A DNA stretch of 64,000 bases from Candidatus Nomurabacteria bacterium (GTDB lineage: Bacteria > Patescibacteriota > Minisyncoccia > Phycocordibacterales > UBA918), in contig JACKGH010000002.1 of NCBI GenBank assembly GCA_020632075.1, positions 75,454 through 139,453 of the forward strand, given 5' to 3'. Below, in pieces: positions 19,396 through 28,454 of this stretch. Position 1 is the stretch's first letter; each line of letters starts with the position of its first letter. The position numbers were made by a program, and so were the translations under genes. The notes beneath the pieces are model-generated. The model saw only the letters and a list, made by a program, of their open reading frames with translations. It ran no database searches and was not told where the DNA came from.

Positions 19396-20034
19396 TTAGG
19401 TTACCCCAAACTCGTTGAAAACACGTTGGTAGCGACCGATCGTTTCGTGTGCTAAACGCTTCGTCAGTACGAAGTCAGCTCCGTCATGTGCAATGCGGTT
19501 ACGTACCTTGTGCGCTTCCCACGCATCATCAAGCGAGGATAGCTGACTTGAAGAAATGCTCTTTAGCCGTTCACCAAGAGAACTGCCGATATAGCCTCTC
19601 TGTTTCAAGACATCATCGAGAATGATATCAGCCTCAATGATCGCCAACTTCCAGTCATTTGGGTTATCGGAATCACTATGTTTTAAAACATCATCAAGAC
19701 GACTCGCTCGGTGTTCACCGCGAAATTGTTCGGCATAAAGTTTTTCGTCATCGCGCAACTTTTGGATCTGCAGCCCAAGGTACAGATTCTTCTTGACCGA
19801 TGCATACACATACAGCACCAAAAGAATGATCGAAAAGATGTACGCCAAGATCGTATACAATGACCAAAGCGAACTGATGAAATTCCAGAGCCCATCAAAG
19901 GGGATCGAACTAAAATCAACCGTACCAGCGCCAGTCCCACCAGACGGATCAACACCTAAAGACACCGCCGGAATAGTTGGAACGTCGGGCGAAGTAGTTG
20001 GTGTAATAATGTCAGGATCAATGTATGTGGCCAT
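19396..20034 (-). CDS. hypothetical membrane-anchored protein with a C-terminal HEPN-like Rx4H motif
   Basis: Thr/Pro-rich N-terminus, one TM helix (LYTILAYIFSIILLVLYVYA), a helical domain, and ...AHKVRNRIAHDGADF near the C-terminus. Confidence 0.45.
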   Translation of the reverse strand: MATYIDPDIITPTTSPDVPTIPAVSLGVDPSGGTGAGTVDFSSIPFDGLWNFISSLWSLYTILAYIFSIILLVLYVYASVKKNLYLGLQIQKLRDDEKLYAEQFRGEHRASRLDDVLKHSDSDNPNDWKLAIIEADIILDDVLKQRGYIGSSLGERLKSISSSQLSSLDDAWEAHKVRNRIAHDGADFVLTKRLAHETIGRYQRVFNEFGVT

Positions 20035-20040
20035 AGAACG

Positions 20041-21468
20041 CTACGCGCGCTCGTCGTACATGGTCTTGCCAACTGCAAAGAGACGAGCGTCACCACCGTG
20101 TGGTCCTATGTATTGTACCCCAACCGGTAGCTGCTTTCCGTCTTGTTCCACGGTTCCCATTGGGAAGGTGAGCGCCGGGACACCGGTCAGATTGACCGGC
20201 ACCGTGAAGATATCTTGTTTGTACATCGCGATCGGGTCTTCTTGCTCACCAAACTTAAAGGCTGGCGTTGGCGCTGTCGGCGTGAGAATGATGTCTACTT
20301 TCTTGAAGACCTCATCGAGCTCCTGACGCATCTTCTTGCGAGCGAGTTCGGCCTTGCCATAGTACGCATCGTAGTACCCGGAAGAAAGTACGTGCGTGCC
20401 GAGCAAAATACGACGCTTCACTTCAGGACCAAAGCCCTTTGCGCGAGACAGTTCGTAGACATCGAGCAGTTCATCTCCGTCTTCTGAAAGACCGTATCGG
20501 ATACCGTCGTAGCGAGCGAGGTTTGAAGACACCTCAGCTGGCATCACGATATAGTACGCCGCCAGCCCTTTTTCAAAGAGCGGCAGGTCGATATCGACCA
20601 CCTTGTGTCCAGCTGTTTCGAGCTCCTTTGTGTGTGCCTCAAATGCTTCAAGGACTGACGCATCGACTCCTTCCTTGAGGAAGTTGCGCGGCACACCAAA
20701 AGTGTATGTTTCTTTTGCCGGGACCGCTGGATACGTATCGTCAGTGATCGTGGTAGCGTCCATCTTGTCGAGCCCTGCCATGGTCTCATGAACCAGCTCA
20801 GCATCTGCGACAGTGTTGGTAAGCGGCCCAGCTTGGTCGAGCGACGAACCCATTGCCATGAGTCCATATCGAGACACTGCGCCGTAGGTTGGCTTGAAAC
20901 CAACCAAACCACAGTAGCTCGCTGGTTGTCGGATCGAACCGCCAGTATCAGTACCGATCGCGACCGGTACCGCACCCATAGCGACTGCCGCAGCAGAACC
21001 ACCCGAAGAACCCCCAGGTACACGAGCAGTATCAACTGGGTTCTTGGTAGGACCAAAGGCAGAGTTTTCGGTTGATCCACCCATGGCGAATTCGTCGAGA
21101 TTGGTTGCACCCACGATGATCGCACCAACTGCCTTAAGCTTCTCAATGATCGTCGCGTCGTACACCGCAGTGTAGTTCTCGAGTATCTTAGACGCTGCCG
21201 TTGCTTTGCGGCCCTTTACGAGAATGTTGTTTTTAATGGCAACCGGAATACCGAGGAGTGCCGGAGTATCAGCACCCTTCTCTTTGTAAGCTGTAGTCGC
21301 AGCTTCTGCTTCTTTGAGTGCATCTTCATACACAGCCAAGAATGCGTGGATTTCGCCATCTTTTTCTTTGATCGTATCAAGTGTCTTTTGCACCACTTCA
21401 GTTGGAGTAGTGTCGCCTGCTATGTACGCAGCGCGGAGTGTTGCTATCGTATCCATATTATTCATCAA
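20041..21468 (-). CDS. gatA: Glu-tRNA(Gln) amidotransferase subunit A
   Basis: Amidase signature ARVPGGSSGGSAAAVA...GTDTGGSIRQPASYCG, 475 aa. Confidence 0.9.
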   Translation of the reverse strand: MMNNMDTIATLRAAYIAGDTTPTEVVQKTLDTIKEKDGEIHAFLAVYEDALKEAEAATTAYKEKGADTPALLGIPVAIKNNILVKGRKATAASKILENYTAVYDATIIEKLKAVGAIIVGATNLDEFAMGGSTENSAFGPTKNPVDTARVPGGSSGGSAAAVAMGAVPVAIGTDTGGSIRQPASYCGLVGFKPTYGAVSRYGLMAMGSSLDQAGPLTNTVADAELVHETMAGLDKMDATTITDDTYPAVPAKETYTFGVPRNFLKEGVDASVLEAFEAHTKELETAGHKVVDIDLPLFEKGLAAYYIVMPAEVSSNLARYDGIRYGLSEDGDELLDVYELSRAKGFGPEVKRRILLGTHVLSSGYYDAYYGKAELARKKMRQELDEVFKKVDIILTPTAPTPAFKFGEQEDPIAMYKQDIFTVPVNLTGVPALTFPMGTVEQDGKQLPVGVQYIGPHGGDARLFAVGKTMYDERA

Positions 21469-21754
21469 CTTGCAGGATCTTCTTCACCTTCATAAATCGA
21501 CCTTCAGTCTTCGGCATTTCCGCCAAAATATCCTTGGTGTACTGGTCCGGCTCGTTGGTCACTTCATCCTTGCGAAATACGTTGTATCGCACCCCAACCT
21601 CCGGCGCAGCATCAGCTTCTTCGCCAGCAATATCACTCACGACACTAACGTACGCTACAATTGATGATAATTCCCCCGGTAGGCGCTCCATCTCCTCTTC
21701 AGTCAAACGAATGCGAGCGAGCGAGGCCAAATGCTCAATATCTTCTCGTTTCAT
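21458..21754 (-). CDS. gatC: Glu-tRNA(Gln) amidotransferase subunit C
   Basis: 98-aa acidic protein overlapping the gatA start. DIEHLA.LARI.L.EEE N-terminus typical of GatC. Confidence 0.75.
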   Translation of the reverse strand: MKREDIEHLASLARIRLTEEEMERLPGELSSIVAYVSVVSDIAGEEADAAPEVGVRYNVFRKDEVTNEPDQYTKDILAEMPKTEGRFMKVKKILQVDE

Positions 21755-21789
21755 GGGGCTAGCATACCACTCCTCACCCGAAAGTAAAA

Positions 21790-23802
21790 TTACACTAGCT
21801 GTTGGAAATCTGTCTCAGAAAGAATTGTCACTCCCAGTCGTTCTGCTTCAGCAGCCTTGCTGCCTGGATCGGCACCTACTACAACATAGTCCGTCTTCTT
21901 CGAAACTGAAGAAGATATCTTGCCACCCATCTTTCTGATGATCGCCTTTGCTTCGTCGCGTGTCATTGACTCAAGAGTGCCAGTGAGCACAAACGTCTTG
22001 CCCGTTAGGGTGCCTGGTGTACCACTAAGGTCAGGATTTTCGATCGTCAGGTGTGGGAGCAGCTCTGCTAACACCTTTGCGTGCTGCTTGTCAGCAAACC
22101 AAGCAATGATCGAATCAGCAACCGTTTCACCGATACCGTGAATGGCGTCGATATCTTCGCGTGAGGCGCGCTTGATCGCTTCGAGGGAACCAAAATGCTC
22201 AGCGAGCAAGCGCGCCGTCTCCTCTCCCACGTTATCGATCGACAACCCTACCAGCAGTCGGTACAAAGGAACATTCCGAGCTTTGGTAATTGCCTCGATC
22301 ACATTCTGTGCCGCTTTTTCCTTAAAGCCAGGTAAGTCTCGCACATCGCCTTCAGTGAGAGTAAATAAGTCTACATAGGTTGAAATGAGTCCGTACTCAA
22401 GTAGTGCATCAATGATCTTCGGACCAACACCATCTATATTGAGCGCACCCTTTGATACAAAATAGTACAAACGCTGCCGGTGGAGCACACCAGAATCTCT
22501 GAAAACACACCGATAAGCTGCTTCGCCCGGGATGCGCTCGATCGAGCCGTCACTGCCACATTCAGCCACTTTCTTAGGGAACTTGTATGGCTTCGCACCC
22601 TCTGGGCGAAGCGGCAGTACTACCGAGAGAATCTCTGGAATGATATCTCCTGCTTTGCGGAGCACCACCGTATCACCAACCCGAATATCGAGCTCCTTGA
22701 TCCGATCTTCATTGTGAAGCGTCGCTCGCGATACCGTCGAGCCATCGATCAAAACTGGCTTCAAGTGCGCCACTGGGGTGATCACTCCAGTCCGACCGAC
22801 TTGCAACATAATATCTTCGACCAAAGTGGTTGCTTCCTCTGCTGGAAATTTATATGCCATTCCAAAGCGTGGTGCCTTGGCGGTATAGCCAAGTACGCGC
22901 TGAATGGATACTTCGTTTACTTTTGCTACCACCCCATCAACCCCATACGGAAGAGAATTATGTTTCTTGGTCCAGACCTCATAGTACTCCTGCACTTCAG
23001 CGATCGACTTGCAGCGCTTTGAGTCTTTACTAACTGGCAGACCAAGCTGCGCCAAGAGCTGCAATTCTTCCCATTGCGAGGCAGGTTCTGTTACCACCGC
23101 ATCTCGCACGTCAAACAGATCAATATCATACACAGTGAGCGACAATTTTCGGCTGGCTGCTACCGCCGGGTCCAGCTGTCGCAAGGACCCGGCGGCTGCG
23201 TTACGCGGGTTCGCAAACAACGCCTCAGCATTCTTCTCACGCTCTGCATTGATACGTGCAAATTCTTTTTCACCTAGCCAGACTTCTCCTACACAAATAA
23301 GGTCAACTGGTTGCTTGAGCGTCTGCGGCAGTGTCTTGATGGTACTTGCAGTATGGGTCACGTTCTCACCGACCACTCCATCACCACGTGTTGCACACCG
23401 CACCAGCTTGCCGGCTTCATACTCGATCACTAGCTTCAGTCCGTCGATCTTATGTTCTGCCACATACTCGATCTCAGTCTGCGGACGGTCAGCATCACGA
23501 AGCCAACGCTTGAGGCGCGCGTCCCAATCGATCAGTTCTTCTTCTGTAAATACATTATCAAACGACCACTGCCGCACTCGGTGCGTCACTTTCGAAAATG
23601 CTTCATTGACCACTCCACCAACTGTGGCTGCTGTGCTGACCCGCCCTTCTACCTGTAGCTCAAGTTCACCAAGCTCTTTAAGAAGCGCATCATATGCCTC
23701 ATCACTGATCTCAGGCGCATCTTCATCATGATATCGTTTGCGATGATACGCGACCGTCTCCCGCAGCTTCCCTAGCCGCTCTCTATCTGCCTGCTTAGCC
23801 AT
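21790..23802 (-). CDS. ligA: NAD-dependent DNA ligase
   Basis: Adenylation motif EHKIDGLKL, OB/Zn/HhH region, C-terminal BRCT domain, 670 aa. Confidence 0.9.
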   Translation of the reverse strand: MAKQADRERLGKLRETVAYHRKRYHDEDAPEISDEAYDALLKELGELELQVEGRVSTAATVGGVVNEAFSKVTHRVRQWSFDNVFTEEELIDWDARLKRWLRDADRPQTEIEYVAEHKIDGLKLVIEYEAGKLVRCATRGDGVVGENVTHTASTIKTLPQTLKQPVDLICVGEVWLGEKEFARINAEREKNAEALFANPRNAAAGSLRQLDPAVAASRKLSLTVYDIDLFDVRDAVVTEPASQWEELQLLAQLGLPVSKDSKRCKSIAEVQEYYEVWTKKHNSLPYGVDGVVAKVNEVSIQRVLGYTAKAPRFGMAYKFPAEEATTLVEDIMLQVGRTGVITPVAHLKPVLIDGSTVSRATLHNEDRIKELDIRVGDTVVLRKAGDIIPEILSVVLPLRPEGAKPYKFPKKVAECGSDGSIERIPGEAAYRCVFRDSGVLHRQRLYYFVSKGALNIDGVGPKIIDALLEYGLISTYVDLFTLTEGDVRDLPGFKEKAAQNVIEAITKARNVPLYRLLVGLSIDNVGEETARLLAEHFGSLEAIKRASREDIDAIHGIGETVADSIIAWFADKQHAKVLAELLPHLTIENPDLSGTPGTLTGKTFVLTGTLESMTRDEAKAIIRKMGGKISSSVSKKTDYVVVGADPGSKAAEAERLGVTILSETDFQQLV

Positions 23803-23804
23803 GA

Positions 23805-24425
23805 CTAGAATTGTAGCAGCACTTCACGTTCTACGATACCTCTCGTATTTCCCCCTGCGATTGCTGAACACGGATAATTATACCCACGCACAGAGATCAC
23901 CGAACAACGTGAGCCAGACTCACAAACGAATGAATTTCCGTCTGGGTATCCAGGAACGTGCGTTTCGACATTGTTGACTGTTGTTCCCACGCCAAGTGGC
24001 GTTGACGAAGCCACCAGCGCAGTCACACTCGTGCAGCGATCAGGGGTACCGCTCGGCCACGAAAAGGTGTATTTGTACAAGAACGCTTCACCATCCCCTG
24101 CAACGTCACCCAAACCACCAAGATCGGTTGGCGCTACACTCACTGGATCAGAGTTGACTCCAAAGCAATCAGGCGAGATATTGTTACCAAGTTCCATTGC
24201 GTCCGATTCTTCTCGGCGCCAGAAGTGCGCACACTCCATACCCGCATTGGCTGCATGAAATGCGATCTCAGACTGTTTTGAGTTGGTCGAAAGACTGATC
24301 TGCTTGATCGAAAGATCTAGAATTGCCAACCCGATCGAAATGACCGCAGCTACAACGATCAGTGAGATCAGCAGTGCAAATCCAGATTGTTCAGGGGAAT
24401 GTTTCATACTACTAACGATATACAT
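23805..24425 (-). CDS. type IV pilin-like minor pilin/pseudopilin
   Basis: N-terminal SGFALLISLIVVAAVISIGLAIL prepilin-type hydrophobic segment. Adjacent to three more pseudopilin genes and pilD. Confidence 0.55.
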   Translation of the reverse strand: MYIVSSMKHSPEQSGFALLISLIVVAAVISIGLAILDLSIKQISLSTNSKQSEIAFHAANAGMECAHFWRREESDAMELGNNISPDCFGVNSDPVSVAPTDLGGLGDVAGDGEAFLYKYTFSWPSGTPDRCTSVTALVASSTPLGVGTTVNNVETHVPGYPDGNSFVCESGSRCSVISVRGYNYPCSAIAGGNTRGIVEREVLLQF

Positions 24426-25008
24426 CTAACAAGAATGTCTCTACCGTAACTGACTGCTCATCTCTGAGCGATCCACTTCGCCACGAAACAGTAGACTCGA
24501 CCCGAACCTGGTGGTCATCAAGCCTGTTAAACTTGATGATACGTTTGTACGCAGTTGGAGTGCCTGCCGAGTGCTTGTACCGACTACGCTCTCCCGTTTC
24601 ATCGAAACGCAAGGTACAGGCATTACCAGTACTGGTACAGTCAATCGGTGCAGCTACTGCTCCAGCCGTATCTCCCGCGATCAATTCAAGGCCACAACCA
24701 TACACATTATGCGAAATGAAACAATCACTATATGCTCCAGCCCCTGTGTCGTCAGAAAACTGCTGCCAAGCTGTATTGGTCAAACCTTCGAACTCACGCA
24801 ACACAAGATCATCGCGCAACTTCTGAGCGATCTCTGCCCCCTCTTGAGCCAAGAAGAAAGCCACCACCTGCTCACTCGCGTAGGTTGTACTCTTGGCTGC
24901 TCGTGAACTGATCGCCATCGGACCGCTGATCACGATCAAAAGAATAGTAATCGCAACCAGTGTCTCCACCAAACTAAAGCCTCTTTGATTGTGTCGTGTA
25001 TACATCAT
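24412..25008 (-). CDS. pseudopilin with prepilin-type N-terminal cleavage/methylation motif
   Basis: QRGFSLVETLVAITILLIV (G|FSLVE). Confidence 0.7.
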   Translation of the reverse strand: MMYTRHNQRGFSLVETLVAITILLIVISGPMAISSRAAKSTTYASEQVVAFFLAQEGAEIAQKLRDDLVLREFEGLTNTAWQQFSDDTGAGAYSDCFISHNVYGCGLELIAGDTAGAVAAPIDCTSTGNACTLRFDETGERSRYKHSAGTPTAYKRIIKFNRLDDHQVRVESTVSWRSGSLRDEQSVTVETFLLDVYR

Positions 25009-25694
25009 ACGTCAGCTGTTCTTTGAGTTACGGTTGTTTGCACTCGGTACGGTTTTGCCTGTGGATCATCAACCTCCCTAGCCTCAATATAGATCGTGAT
25101 CGAAGCCTGATCTAAATAATCTGGTGCACCTTCGCTCAGCGGCTTCGAACCGGTCACATAAAATTCCGCATCGGTAATCACGATACCAGACGAAACGATC
25201 GACTGTGCTGGACCAGCTCCGACCCGACGATAGATCTTGCCGGTATCTTCATGATAAAAATACAGAATGCGATCATCCGCTGCTCCGGTAATACTGTTGC
25301 CTCCTTCCACAAATGCAACACCTTGCCACGTGTTACCTCCACGCCCAGTTGCACAATCTTGCTTTAATGGAATTCCTCCAACCTCAAGCTCGGTGTCCAA
25401 GTCAGTTGTGATGCCTGAATTGATACCATCAGCAAAGATCTTATGTGCACCAGCATTTGGTGCCATTTGAGCATCACAAAAATAGTGAAAGCCCGTTCTC
25501 AGCTCACGCGTCATACTATCGAGCGCAAACGAAAGGTTGGTCATCACTGACTGTTCATTCTGCAAACGCTCATTGGAAGTGATCAAAGCTAGTAGTGCCC
25601 CTACCGCGATCGTAACCACCACCGAGAACACCGCCAACGAGACGATCATTTCTACGAGAGTAAAGCCAGATTGTTTTGTGTTGCTAATTTGCAT
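25005..25694 (-). CDS. pseudopilin with prepilin-type N-terminal motif
   Basis: QSGFTLVEMIVSLAVFSVV. Confidence 0.7.
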   Translation of the reverse strand: MQISNTKQSGFTLVEMIVSLAVFSVVVTIAVGALLALITSNERLQNEQSVMTNLSFALDSMTRELRTGFHYFCDAQMAPNAGAHKIFADGINSGITTDLDTELEVGGIPLKQDCATGRGGNTWQGVAFVEGGNSITGAADDRILYFYHEDTGKIYRRVGAGPAQSIVSSGIVITDAEFYVTGSKPLSEGAPDYLDQASITIYIEAREVDDPQAKPYRVQTTVTQRTADV

Positions 25695-25695
25695 A

Positions 25696-26292
25696 TTAGA
25701 TAACGGCTATTTGACCAGAAGTCGTCACTTCGATCACACGCACATCAGCACTACCAACTCGACCAACTTCGATCTGCACTGATTCTGCTGGAATCTCACC
25801 AACGCCATCAAAGAATCGTGCATCAAAGTTTGGCCGCTCGAACACGACCGAAATGTCATTGTGTAGATTTCCATTACTATCCGTAATAGTACGTATCTCA
25901 AAACGCTTATCGAGCCTACCAAGTGCTCCGTAGTCTTCACTCGCGGCACTGTAATGATAATCCGCATCGCCGTCTCTGAATACTCGATAACGATCATTGA
26001 GGATCAAACTGTCAAAATACACTCCCATAACCGAACGGAAGACTCCCGCGTCACCACTAGAACTTACTGCATTAAGCTGCACTTCTCGAAGTGTTAGTGC
26101 GATCTCGTACGCTTGGTTGCGGAGCAATACTGCACTATTGAAAGAACTTTGGTTGGCCAACACAATACCTGCCACCAACACGATGATACTGATACTCACC
26201 ATGAGTTCGATCAGACCGAAACCGCCTTGTAGCATGCGGCAAGTAAGTGTATTTGATATAGGTCTAGAGGAAGTAAAATAACGAGAGAACAT
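25696..26292 (-). CDS. pseudopilin with prepilin-type N-terminal motif
   Basis: QGGFGLIELMVSISIIVLVAG. Confidence 0.65.
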   Translation of the reverse strand: MFSRYFTSSRPISNTLTCRMLQGGFGLIELMVSISIIVLVAGIVLANQSSFNSAVLLRNQAYEIALTLREVQLNAVSSSGDAGVFRSVMGVYFDSLILNDRYRVFRDGDADYHYSAASEDYGALGRLDKRFEIRTITDSNGNLHNDISVVFERPNFDARFFDGVGEIPAESVQIEVGRVGSADVRVIEVTTSGQIAVI

Positions 26293-27100
26293 TGAAATGT
26301 GTGAATAGTATGATCAAACAACTCGCTACGAGAAACGGCGCAAACGGTATAGCACTCTTCATTGTAAGGGCTTTTGCCGGTAAAGGTAAGCTCGCTTTTC
26401 CCCTACTCAGATACTGATAGCCAATAATGAGCAAACTAATAACAGCACCCACCCAAAACGACAGCACCACAAACGAAAAGACTGACTTGGCACCAACGAG
26501 AAGACCGAGGGGTATTGCCAACTTTACGTCACCAAAACCGAGCCACTGCCCTTTTGAGATAAGCCAGAGCAGTAAGTAAAAGCCAGAACCGAGCAGTGCG
26601 GCTCCAACCGCAATACCAAACACTTCGAAGCTGAAGCCACCACGTAAGCCATCACTCACTAACAGCGCAACTGCAGCTGCTGTAAGCACGACGGTCAATT
26701 TGTCAGGAATAATGAAGTGATAGAGATCATAGACCGTAATGACCACCAGTACTGACATGACAAACCAATACAAAAACAGCGTCGACACTGAATACGCAAT
26801 GAGTAGCGTCCACGTGAATAAAAGCCCAGTAGCCAGCTCCACCAAGAAGTACCGAGACGGGATCCGACACCCGCACGTACGACATCGTCCGCGTAATCCA
26901 AGATACGACAAAAGCGGAACTAATTCATACCACTTAAGGTCAGTACCACAGGACAAACAATGTGAACTGCCCGCTAGAGATTTACCGGTGTGGAAACGAT
27001 AGATATATACATTGAGAAAACTGCCGATGATCACACCCACACCAAATATATAGAAGCACAACCAACCAACCGGTACCGCGATAAGATCAAGTAAAAACAT
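26264..27100 (-). CDS. pilD: prepilin peptidase (A24 family)
   Basis: N-terminal GSFLNVYIYR...SHCLSCGTDLKWYELVPLLSYLGLRGRCRTCG Zn-binding domain plus a polytopic A24 peptidase body. Confidence 0.85.
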   Translation of the reverse strand: MFLLDLIAVPVGWLCFYIFGVGVIIGSFLNVYIYRFHTGKSLAGSSHCLSCGTDLKWYELVPLLSYLGLRGRCRTCGCRIPSRYFLVELATGLLFTWTLLIAYSVSTLFLYWFVMSVLVVITVYDLYHFIIPDKLTVVLTAAAVALLVSDGLRGGFSFEVFGIAVGAALLGSGFYLLLWLISKGQWLGFGDVKLAIPLGLLVGAKSVFSFVVLSFWVGAVISLLIIGYQYLSRGKASLPLPAKALTMKSAIPFAPFLVASCLIILFTHFNVLSLFYFL

Positions 27101-27258
27101 GGTTCATGTAGTATAGCAAAGGCCCGGCGCTGCACCACAAGAGTACTTCCTGCCCCAGGGCACTCCCTCTTTTTCTTTGCAGAAAATTCACCTTGCTTTT
27201 TATAGTCGTCTAAACGACTCCTTAAAAATCTGGTCGCGCACCGGGCCTTTGCACTCCC

Positions 27259-27675
27259 CTATGGATCACAGGTCACTTGAGCTGCTGGCAACGCCGCAGC
27301 GATCTCTTTCTTTTCGCCTGTACTATCAACACACCAGTACCCTGTATCAAACGGCGCTGCTGCAGCATATGCAGCTGTTCCGCTGTTACAGATGACTGTA
27401 CTGGAAGCGATCTTGTTGATCGAGGTGATCAGGCTAAGCACCTCTGTTGACGTGGCGATGCCATTCGTACCACACACTGAATCGTACGTAAGACTTTGAA
27501 TATGTTCGATCTCAGCGCGCTTCGAGAGAAATTCCATTTCTGACTGTACTTTGGCATCGATTCCAGATGACCGAGCATCGTTAAGGGACTTAAGTATAAT
27601 AGATGCCAAAATACCAATAATTGCAATCACGACGAGGAGCTCGATTATTGTAAAAGCTGCGTTTCGCTTTTTCAT
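27259..27675 (-). CDS. type IV major pilin
   Basis: MKKRNAAFTIIELLVVIAIIGILASII N-terminus with C-terminal Cys pairs. Confidence 0.85.
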   Translation of the reverse strand: MKKRNAAFTIIELLVVIAIIGILASIILKSLNDARSSGIDAKVQSEMEFLSKRAEIEHIQSLTYDSVCGTNGIATSTEVLSLITSINKIASSTVICNSGTAAYAAAAPFDTGYWCVDSTGEKKEIAAALPAAQVTCDP

Positions 27676-27717
27676 TACTGACTATTATACCTGATACATT
27701 GTCGTCAAAATGACTTT

Positions 27718-27756
27718 GCAAACAAAAAAACACCCATTGGGTGTTTTTTTGTTTGA
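27718..27756. terminator. bidirectional terminator between the two pilin genes
   Basis: aaacaaaaaaacaccc attg ggtgtttttttgttt. Confidence 0.6.
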
Positions 27757-27770
27757 CCAATCTCGACAAA

Positions 27771-28259
27771 CTATAGACAAGTCACATCCTCAGCAGCACC
27801 TGTAGCATCAATAGTAGCAGCAGTAGTGGTGCCTGAGAATCCAGTTGAGTCTACACACCAGAACGCTGTAGTCATAACACCTCCGTTATCCCACTGAATA
27901 TTAAGTGGTGCGTTTGCAGCATAACCACTAGCGTTATCTGCACATGTTACAGTATCAGCTGCACCAACACCTGTGTAGTTAACTGTCTTACCAGTCTCTG
28001 AGCGGTTATTTGCTGCCGCCTCCAAAAGCGACTGAACCTGACTTTCACTACACACACCCGCATAGGTATACCCAGCCTGGTTGTAGTTAAGCTCTGCTTG
28101 AGAACGAAGGTTACCCATTGACTGCTTGATAGATGCGTCCTGTCCACCATCACGAGCATCGTTGAGTGAAGCGAGCACAACTGCGGCCAAAATACCAATA
28201 ATTGCAATCACGACGAGGAGCTCAATGAGCGTAAAACCTCGTTGGAGTGTCTTTTTCAT
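27771..28259 (-). CDS. type IV major pilin, paralogue
   Basis: MKKTLQRGFTLIELLVVIAIIGILAAVV N-terminus. Confidence 0.85.
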   Translation of the reverse strand: MKKTLQRGFTLIELLVVIAIIGILAAVVLASLNDARDGGQDASIKQSMGNLRSQAELNYNQAGYTYAGVCSESQVQSLLEAAANNRSETGKTVNYTGVGAADTVTCADNASGYAANAPLNIQWDNGGVMTTAFWCVDSTGFSGTTTAATIDATGAAEDVTCL

Positions 28260-28288
28260 AATGATTAGATCAATTATTTCATTAATAT

Positions 28289-28323
28289 CATATTTCAGAT
28301 ATCAGCTGCGTATCTGAAATATG
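28289..28323. promoter_or_regulatory. perfect 13-9-13 palindrome 30-64 nt upstream of the major pilin start
   Basis: catatttcagata tcagctgcg tatctgaaatatg. The spacer holds a nested cagctg palindrome. Confidence 0.45.
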
Positions 28324-28403
28324 ATGGCCTACGTTGTACGCGGCTACTACTATTATACGACCTCATCTTGTCTATATCCGAGAGACTGGGGACAAGTGAT
28401 GAA

Positions 28404-28440
28404 AACGGGCCAGCAGCGAAGCTGCCGGCCCGTTTTCATT
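28404..28440 (-). terminator. terminator of pilC
   Basis: aaaacgggccagcagc gaa gctgccggcccgtttt. Confidence 0.5.
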
Positions 28441-28454
28441 TGCTCAAGCCTACA

